From contig JAIPHU010000024.1 in NCBI GenBank assembly GCA_021735045.1, forward strand, positions 1 through 8,100: a DNA stretch of 8,100 nt, written 5' to 3'. Position numbers and translations under genes: made by a program. Every line of letters begins with the position of its first letter. The first letter of the stretch is position 1. This document shows, piece by piece, positions 1 through 4,900 of the stretch. The notes beneath the pieces were generated by a model. It did no database searches. It was not told the origin of the DNA and was given only the letters and a program-made list of their open reading frames with translations. This DNA comes from Candidatus Omnitrophota bacterium (GTDB lineage: Bacteria; Omnitrophota; Gorgyraeia; Duberdicusellales; 4484-171).

Positions 1-91
1 AGGGCCAACGGACAAGCCCTGCTGGAGCGACCGTTCAAGGAGCAAAAGCAGGGCGGAACAAGCTAAAGATTCTTTCTTTTGGACTGATGTA

Positions 92-119
92 TTGTGTTTG
101 GAATAATAAGCGGTATAAT
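92..119 (+). promoter_or_regulatory. Sigma70-like promoter candidate (TTGTGT-N16-TATAAT) pointing into the left repeat
   Basis: ttgtgt at 92-97 and tataat at 114-119 with a 16-nt spacer. It would start transcription near 126, just upstream of the tRNA 3'-end fragment and the terminator hairpin. AT-rich DNA gives many chance matches. Confidence 0.25.
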
Positions 120-140
120 AATGTTTGAATAAACCCCAAT

Positions 141-380
141 CGGGGAGCCATGATTTTTTATATTCGAAAAACCCGTGCCTTCGGCACGGGTGTTTTTATT
201 TTTGGCCCCTGAATTTTTTGGCTGAATTTTCCCTCTGGCAAAAGAATAAAAAAGATTGATTTGAATTGAATTTTGGGAGTATTTTATTGATTCAAAGAAT
301 TTTTTGGCACAAATATTTTTCTCAATTCCCCGCGAAGATTGAAGAGATTTTGCGGCCAAAGAGAGGATTTGCGATGCGGC
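141..380 (+). repeat. Left arm of inverted repeat (tRNA-Asn 3'-end fragment + terminator + recombinase-tail homolog)
   Basis: 141-225 is the exact reverse complement of 3937-4021 (85/85 by manual alignment). It starts with cggggagcca, the last 10 nt of the tRNA-Asn at 4012-4087. 226-380 aligns to the reverse complement of about 3809-3936 at roughly 80-90% identity, with a 21-nt insertion in this arm. Confidence 0.9.
166..198 (+). terminator. Intrinsic terminator hairpin (copy in left repeat), bidirectional design
   Basis: aaaaa-ACCCGTGCC-ttc-GGCACGGGT-gttttt: a 9-bp GC-rich stem at 171-191, flanked by an A-tract and a T-tract. Confidence 0.6.
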
Positions 381-435
381 CACCACATACTAAAACTTCA
401 CGTTAATCCAAAATATATATATTTCTACCAAACAA

Positions 436-870
436 CTACTGCTCGTCTTTCTCTGTTTCTTCTCCTGGCATCAACCCATTAACCTGCAAAATATGTCGGA
501 TCTCGTCCACTTTTCTAGTTACCTCATCAATTTTGTTCTGCAATTCTTTCACTGTCTCTGACGGAGTAAGACTATTTATAGCCTCTTCGGCTCTCAATGC
601 AGCTTCGATATTTCCTTGATTTATATATAATTCTTTCGCTCTACGCAATTCTTTTATTGCATTCTCATTGTCACCTGAGGCATAAAATTGCAAGCCTAAA
701 CTATAATGTAGATCTGCATCATTAGGGTTTAAAGCGAGACCTTTTTTATATCTCAAAATAGAAGAACTGATTTTATTTTCTTTCATTTGTAAATCTTCTG
801 CATTGCATAACCCAATTACAAAACTGATTATCACACCAAATGCTAAAAAAGACAACTCTTGCTTGCACAT
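436..870 (-). CDS. Signal-anchored/secreted TPR-repeat protein (144 aa)
   Basis: ATG at 868-870 and TAG at 436-438. N-terminal hydrophobic segment LSFLAFGVIISFVIGLCNA. TPR-like sequence LALNPNDADLHYSLGLQFYASGDNENAIKELRRAKELY. Acidic coiled C-terminus. The start lies 2 nt after the stop of the upstream ORF. Confidence 0.65.
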   Translation of the reverse strand: MCKQELSFLAFGVIISFVIGLCNAEDLQMKENKISSSILRYKKGLALNPNDADLHYSLGLQFYASGDNENAIKELRRAKELYINQGNIEAALRAEEAINSLTPSETVKELQNKIDEVTRKVDEIRHILQVNGLMPGEETEKDEQ

Positions 871-872
871 AA

Positions 873-1313
873 CTATTTTGTAATAATTATTCTGAAATTA
901 GGTATTTTTTCTTCAGGACATAAAAATTTTACTCCAACTCCATCCATAGCATTATAGATCACGTATTCATTTATTTTCTTGTCAGGCTTAACTTGTATCT
1001 CAGAAGCATCGCCGTACCTTTCGTTGATAATATAACCAATTTTATCATCACGTGTAGTAGTTTTAGTTATATCCCAAGGAAAGTTTTTTCGAGCTAAAAC
1101 TTTTCCATCTTGTGCAGAAATGTATGCAAACTTATAATTTTGGTATTTCTGTATCGATTGTTTTATACCGATAAAAAGAATAAGCAAAGAAGCGACGATT
1201 GCTAATATTTTTATCAATTTTATCTTTTGAATATCTACAGGTAAAAAATTATATACAGTATTGTAGATCAAAACTAAACTCCAAAGAAGCAATAAAATAA
1301 TCATAGCTTTCAT
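873..1313 (-). CDS. Small membrane protein, two predicted N-terminal TM helices + ~90-aa C-terminal domain (146 aa)
   Basis: ATG at 1311-1313, preceded by a strong SD (aagggagggg, about 9 nt upstream). Hydrophobic stretches AMIILLLLWSLVLIYNTVYNFL and IKILAIVASLLILFIGI. The C-terminal part looks beta-rich. I recognise no family. Confidence 0.6.
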   Translation of the reverse strand: MKAMIILLLLWSLVLIYNTVYNFLPVDIQKIKLIKILAIVASLLILFIGIKQSIQKYQNYKFAYISAQDGKVLARKNFPWDITKTTTRDDKIGYIINERYGDASEIQVKPDKKINEYVIYNAMDGVGVKFLCPEEKIPNFRIIITK

Positions 1314-1413
1314 ATTTAATTATCCCCTCCCTTTTTAGTTATTTTCCCTTATTTTACCCCTAGCAGTATATAACTTTTTATATCTTATTTATAAAACACC
1401 TAATCTATCACTA

Positions 1414-2325
1414 TTATTTAACGTCGTTAGAAAACGGATAAAATTCAACGCTTTCTCTATTCCCCTTGTGTTTTAATATAAATTCTTTAGAGACATTTTC
1501 AAAATTAGAAGAAATGACTGTAAACTCTAACAAATATTCACCTGAAGGCAAAGATGGAATTCTATAACGTGGATTATTTGTTAATAGTGCTCTCTGATTA
1601 AATTCAATATATTGACTTCCTTCTCGTATACAAAAAGCATCTAATTCTTTAACTGAATTACGCAGAATATTAGTAACCCATTGCCCTGTTCCAGCCCAAA
1701 TTAATTCATTAGAAGGGATTTCAATTTCTTTTTTTGCTTTACGATCACTAATTTTCGTAACATAAGCATTGCAAAGGAAAGCATGCTTCTTTTTACAACG
1801 ATTTTTGATTTCTAGATGATACCAATCTGACATCACCTTTTTATTAAGTAAAACATCTTTATCAACTATATCTTCTTTAAAAATTATATCTAATTCATCT
1901 ACTGAATCGCAATCCCACTTCTTAGTTTGCTCTTCTAAATGATTTATAATATCACTACTATTTTCAAAAGGTAACGCATTGTAAATATGATAATCTAATA
2001 TTCCTTCCCGCTTTACCCCTTTTTCTTGAAATCCCGTTGCTTCTATACCTAGAAAAGTTGCAATGGCAATTTCTTGATTTACAAACAAAGAGCCTTTAAT
2101 TTCTCCCTCAGGCAAAGTATCTCGTTTAAAATCAACAAATATAAAATACTCTGATTTTTCTAAAAATTTAAAAATATTTTCTGTTAAAGCATCCGAAGAA
2201 TGTACCTTTTCAGCAAAATAAGTATTAAAACCACGGCTATCAAGATAATCTTTGATATCTTGTCCGATTTTCTTTTCTCTCTCTGTTTTTTGCCCACAAC
2301 TAATAAATACACGTGCTTTTCTCAT
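1414..2325 (-). CDS. TIR-like (TIR/DUF4062/nucleoside 2-deoxyribosyltransferase-like fold) N-terminal domain protein with uncharacterised C-terminal domain (303 aa)
   Basis: ATG at 2323-2325. The N-terminus RVFISCGQ...(helix)...FNTYFAEK...(helix)...YFIFVDF...SLFVNQEIAIATFLG follows the beta-alpha-beta pattern of TIR-type domains. This includes the FIS strand near the start and an S-x-F-V-x-x-E motif where TIR domains carry S-x-W-C-x-x-E with the catalytic Glu. The C-terminal ~160 aa is unrecognised and probably beta-rich. This is a motif-level call only. Confidence 0.5.
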   Translation of the reverse strand: MRKARVFISCGQKTEREKKIGQDIKDYLDSRGFNTYFAEKVHSSDALTENIFKFLEKSEYFIFVDFKRDTLPEGEIKGSLFVNQEIAIATFLGIEATGFQEKGVKREGILDYHIYNALPFENSSDIINHLEEQTKKWDCDSVDELDIIFKEDIVDKDVLLNKKVMSDWYHLEIKNRCKKKHAFLCNAYVTKISDRKAKKEIEIPSNELIWAGTGQWVTNILRNSVKELDAFCIREGSQYIEFNQRALLTNNPRYRIPSLPSGEYLLEFTVISSNFENVSKEFILKHKGNRESVEFYPFSNDVK

Positions 2326-2347
2326 GGTTCCCGATAAAAAGAAATTA

Positions 2348-2536
2348 TCAAACTAAATCATCAATTTTTACCTTAAGTGCCTTGGCGAGCTTAATAGCAG
2401 TTTCTATTTTGGGATTTTTTATCCCTCCACGTTCCATTTTTATAATTGTATTATAAGAAACTCCTGATTTCTTAGCGAGTTGCCGTTGGGTTAATTTTTT
2501 CTTCTTCCGTATTTTTACTAAGTTTTTAAGAAGCAT
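2348..2536 (-). CDS. XRE/Cro-type helix-turn-helix transcriptional regulator (62 aa from ATG 2536; the ORF track's TTG start at 2566 is probably too far upstream)
   Basis: LKNLVKIRKKKKLTQRQLAKKSGVSYNTIIKMERGGIKNPKIETAIKLAKALKVKIDDL matches the classic HTH_3 pattern (LTQ..LA...GVS...I...E.G...P.......LA.AL.V..DDL). The stop lies 22 nt upstream of the TIR-like ORF start. Confidence 0.85.
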   Translation of the reverse strand: MLLKNLVKIRKKKKLTQRQLAKKSGVSYNTIIKMERGGIKNPKIETAIKLAKALKVKIDDLV

Positions 2537-2543
2537 TTTTTTC

Positions 2544-2581
2544 TTGACTGTTAGGTAGTATTGCAATACTATATAGCTATA
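2544..2581. promoter_or_regulatory. Divergent promoter/operator region between the HTH regulator and the recombinase
   Basis: Plus strand: TTGACT (2544-2549), N17, TACTAT. Minus strand: TTCAAT-N17-TATAGT, with the -10 at 2568-2573. A perfect 16-bp palindrome TAGTATTGCAATACTA (2556-2571) overlaps both -10 regions, and a 10-bp palindrome TATAGCTATA (2572-2581) follows it. The recombinase SD gaggggg precedes the ATG at 2621. Confidence 0.5.
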
Positions 2582-2620
2582 TCTTATTTTATTGAATTAT
2601 TTTAACTCGAGGGGGTAAAA

Positions 2621-4096
2621 ATGCAAAGTAATTTAAGGTGTGCTATTTATACCCGTGTATCCACCGATAACCAAGCTGAAATTGAATATAACTCCTGTGC
2701 CGCGCAAGAAGAAAAAATTAAATCCTTTATCGATAGCCAAGAAAATATGTCTATATATGAAACTTATTCTGATCCCGGTTTTACCGGAGCTAATCTCAAC
2801 CGACCTGCTCTAACCAAGTTACTAAGCGACATTAAGCAAGAAAAAATTAACTTAGTTATCGCTTATAAAATAGACCGCTTAACTAGATCGCCTAAAGACT
2901 TCTATCAATTGATAGAGTTATTTGATGCATATAAGGTAAATTTTATCTCTGTAACAGAACGCTTTGATACATCCACTCCTTCGGGAAGGCTCTTGCGCAA
3001 CATTATGCTTACTTTCGCTCAATTCGAGCGCGAGCTTGCCTCAGAAAGAACTAAAGACAAAATGATCCAGCGCGTGCAAAAGGGAATGTGGAACGGCGGC
3101 CTTGTACCCTTTGGCTACAAGTCAGTTGATAAAAAGTTGTCGGTTAATAAAGAGGAAGCAAAAGTTGTGCGCAAAATATATAAAGATTATCTATCCGGCA
3201 CTACTCTATCTGAATTATCTAAAATCAGCAAGCTCTATAAAAGCAGAGTTTATACACTGCTAAGAAACCCTGTATATGCAGGAAAAATTAAATATGCCGG
3301 CAAGCCCTGGCAAGGTAATCACCGGCCGATAATCTCAGAAGAAGTTTTTCACCTTGCCCAAAGTAAGCATAAAAAATTAAACAAAAAATTGCGGTCTCAT
3401 AAAAACTGTGCCTTTGGCGGGCTGCTTAAATGCAAAGAATGCGGCTCGTATATGACACCGTGTCACACCAACAAAAAGAAAAACAAACACACCAAGCGCT
3501 ACTATTACTACCGCTGCACAAGCACCTTTAAAAAAGACTGGAACAACTGCCAGATAAAACAAATAAACAGCAAACGGTTGGATAACTATATTCTAGATAA
3601 CCTAGAGCGGATATCTTTGGATAAGCAGTATATTGATAACTTGGCCTTTTCTCTTAACAGCCGGCGGGATGGCGGCCGCATTGGCATCCTGGGACAAAAC
3701 GAAAAAAGTTCGAATAACCCCCTTAAAACAGCCTATCGGGATACCGAGCAGGACTCGAATTTTGAGGAAGCTGCTCCGGATTCCCCGAAAATTTCCGGAA
3801 AAATTTTCGCGCAAACCCTCTCCCGGGCCGCAAAATCCCTTCAATCTTCGCGGGGAATTGAGAAAAATATTCTGGCCAAAAAATTCTTTGAATCAATAAT
3901 TTATTCAATAAATTCAATAAAAATAAATCTTTTCTATCAGCCAAAAAATTCAGGGGCCAAAAATAAAAACACCCGTGCCGAAGGCACGGGTTTTTCGAAT
4001 ATAAAAAATCATGGCTCCCCGGGCAGGATTCGAACCTGCGACAAATTGGTTAACAGCCAACCGCTCTACCAGCTGAGCTACCGGGGAATTCAATGA
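2621..4096 (+). CDS. Large serine recombinase/integrase; 3' end uncertain (the ORF runs through a terminator and antisense across the tRNA)
   Basis: Catalytic motif CAIYTRVSTDNQ. Conserved YKIDRLTRS and FAQFERELASERTKD (resolvase catalytic domain). Recombinase domain (GGLVPFGYK...LRNPVYAGK). Zinc ribbon CKECGSYM...YYYYRCTS...C. C-terminal KNILAKKFFESIIYSINSIKINLFY resembles the usual terminal beta-hairpin segment of large serine recombinases. The first in-frame stop is TGA at 4094-4096. Confidence 0.88.
   Translation: MQSNLRCAIYTRVSTDNQAEIEYNSCAAQEEKIKSFIDSQENMSIYETYSDPGFTGANLNRPALTKLLSDIKQEKINLVIAYKIDRLTRSPKDFYQLIELFDAYKVNFISVTERFDTSTPSGRLLRNIMLTFAQFERELASERTKDKMIQRVQKGMWNGGLVPFGYKSVDKKLSVNKEEAKVVRKIYKDYLSGTTLSELSKISKLYKSRVYTLLRNPVYAGKIKYAGKPWQGNHRPIISEEVFHLAQSKHKKLNKKLRSHKNCAFGGLLKCKECGSYMTPCHTNKKKNKHTKRYYYYRCTSTFKKDWNNCQIKQINSKRLDNYILDNLERISLDKQYIDNLAFSLNSRRDGGRIGILGQNEKSSNNPLKTAYRDTEQDSNFEEAAPDSPKISGKIFAQTLSRAAKSLQSSRGIEKNILAKKFFESIIYSINSIKINLFYQPKNSGAKNKNTRAEGTGFSNIKNHGSPGRIRTCDKLVNSQPLYQLSYRGIQ
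3809..4021 (-). repeat. Right arm of inverted repeat (includes last 10 nt of the intact tRNA-Asn, its terminator and the recombinase tail coding region)
   Basis: See the left arm. 3937-4021 is an exact inverted copy of 141-225. About 3809-3936 is diverged and lacks the 21-nt segment found in the left arm. Confidence 0.9.
3961..3996 (-). terminator. Intrinsic terminator of tRNA-Asn (bidirectional hairpin, lies inside the recombinase ORF)
   Basis: The hairpin at 3971-3991 (ACCCGTGCC/GGCACGGGT) lies 20 nt downstream of the tRNA 3' end on the minus strand. It is followed there by gtttttattt. On the plus strand the same hairpin is followed by ttttt (3991-3995). Confidence 0.7.
4012..4087 (-). tRNA. 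tRNA-Asn (anticodon GTT), CCA encoded
   Basis: Manual cloverleaf on the minus strand: acceptor TCCCCGG/CCGGGGA, D-arm GCTC-AGCTGGTA-GAGC, anticodon arm GTTGG-CTGTTAA-CCAAT (GTT at positions 34-36), variable loop TTGTC, T-arm GCAGG-TTCGAAT-CCTGC, discriminator G, CCA. Total 76 nt. Confidence 0.93.
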
Positions 4097-4098
4097 AA

Positions 4099-4128
4099 CT
4101 TATACTTTGTAAGTCGAAGACGTAACAA
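4099..4128 (-). promoter_or_regulatory. Candidate tRNA-Asn promoter (TTGTTA-N18-TATAAG)
   Basis: On the minus strand, ttgtta (4128-4123), an 18-nt spacer, and tataag (4104-4099), with the -10 ending 11 nt upstream of the tRNA 5' end. The match is weak and the DNA is AT-rich. Confidence 0.3.
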
Positions 4129-4264
4129 AGTACTTAGTTGAATTAATCCCGCGTATTCCGCGGGAACAAATTACAAAAGAACAATTATTGCTAATTTTGA
4201 AGGCTAATTATAACTGATTTATCTTATCTCGTCAATATCCAACCAATCCCCAACTCCAAGGTGT

Positions 4265-4292
4265 GAAAAATGGAGAGGTTAAACCTCTCCAA
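4265..4292 (-). terminator. Intrinsic terminator downstream of recR
   Basis: Minus strand GGAGAGGT-tta-ACCTCTCC (8-bp stem, 4272-4290), followed by atttttc, about 10 nt after the recR stop. Confidence 0.75.
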
Positions 4293-4300
4293 ATCTTTTG

Positions 4301-4900
4301 TTAGATAAGTTGTCGTTTGGTCAAAGCTTGGCCTAAAGTTGCTGAATCAATATATTCAATCTTTGTGCCCAAAGGCACACCAATTGCAATTCGATAAATC
4401 TTTACTTTATAACGAGAAAGCTTCTGGATTACATATTGAGCAGTAAGTTCTCCCTCTGTATCTGGATCAGTTGAAATTATTACTTCTTTAATCTGGCCTT
4501 TTTTTACCCTATTTACTAGTTTTCCTATATTTAAAGATTCTTCATTAATTCCTTCTAGAGGTGAAATTGAGCCTAAAAGCACATAATAGAGCCCTTTGTA
4601 TTGTGAAGTCTTTTCAATCGCCATAATGTCTGTCGGTTCTTCTACTACACAAACTATATCTTTTTTCCGCCGGGTATCTGAACATACTGAACAAACTTCT
4701 TGAGTTGAGAAATTATTACACAACTTACAAGGTTTTATATGTTTATTTAAATCCTTAATGCTTTGGGTAATTCTTTCTACCAGTTCTGCCTTCATCTTTA
4801 AGATACTAAAAGCAATTCTTTCCGCACTTCTCTTTCCAATCCCAGGAAAATGGGAAATATTTTTTACTGCTTCACTAAAAATTTTATTAAAACTACTCAT
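4301..4900 (-). CDS. recR: Recombination protein RecR
   Basis: HhH motif HFPGIGKRSAERIAF. Cys4 zinc finger CKLCNN...CSVCSD. Toprim region IVCVVEEPTDIMAIEKTSQYKGLYYVLLGSISPLEG. I prefer the ATG at 4898-4900 over the TTG at 4921 because family members start close to the HhH motif. Confidence 0.95.
   Translation of the reverse strand: MSSFNKIFSEAVKNISHFPGIGKRSAERIAFSILKMKAELVERITQSIKDLNKHIKPCKLCNNFSTQEVCSVCSDTRRKKDIVCVVEEPTDIMAIEKTSQYKGLYYVLLGSISPLEGINEESLNIGKLVNRVKKGQIKEVIISTDPDTEGELTAQYVIQKLSRYKVKIYRIAIGVPLGTKIEYIDSATLGQALTKRQLI

Larger units (their letters stand above)
63..386 (-). pseudogene. 3' fragment of a paralogous serine recombinase gene (C-terminal tail only)
   Basis: The translation AAKSLQSSRGIEKNICAKKFFESIKYSQNSIQINLFY...QPKNSGAKNKNTRAEGTGFSNIKNHGSP aligns with the C-terminal tail (roughly residues 400-465) of the 491-aa recombinase ORF. 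The frame stays open despite a 7-codon indel. There is no catalytic domain upstream, because the cargo gene ending at 436 abuts it. Confidence 0.5.
141..4096. mobile_element. tRNA-Asn-associated genomic island / integrative or invertible element (serine recombinase + 4-gene cargo)
   Basis: A recombinase abuts the tRNA. tRNA 3'-end repeats sit at both ends. The recombinase region has locally higher GC (34/60 G+C in 3661-3720 versus 19/60 in 1141-1200). The cargo consists of poorly conserved accessory genes, and housekeeping genes start directly to the right. Confidence 0.55.

Noticed and set aside
66-150. Possible second full tRNA ending at the CCA at 148-150
   Set aside because: Only the last 10 nt match the tRNA-Asn. 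No T-arm (GTTCGAATC), D-arm or anticodon arm can be drawn in the preceding 70 nt.
3708-3715. gttcgaat T-loop-like octamer inside the recombinase ORF
   Set aside because: It has no flanking complementary stem or cloverleaf. This is a chance occurrence.
3377-3944. ORFs 3377-3562(-), 3602-3844(-), 3633-3899(+) and 3723-3944(-), which lie inside or antisense to the recombinase gene
   Set aside because: They lie in the GC-richer part of the recombinase ORF, where stop codons are rare in every frame. They have no recognisable motifs. Only the recombinase frame is also kept open in the left repeat copy.
4147-4165. GC-rich hairpin tcccgcg-tattc-cgcggga between recR and the tRNA, considered as a terminator
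   Set aside because: No T-tract follows it on either strand. The recR terminator is better explained by the 4272-4290 hairpin with its T-run. Its function is unknown and I did not call it.
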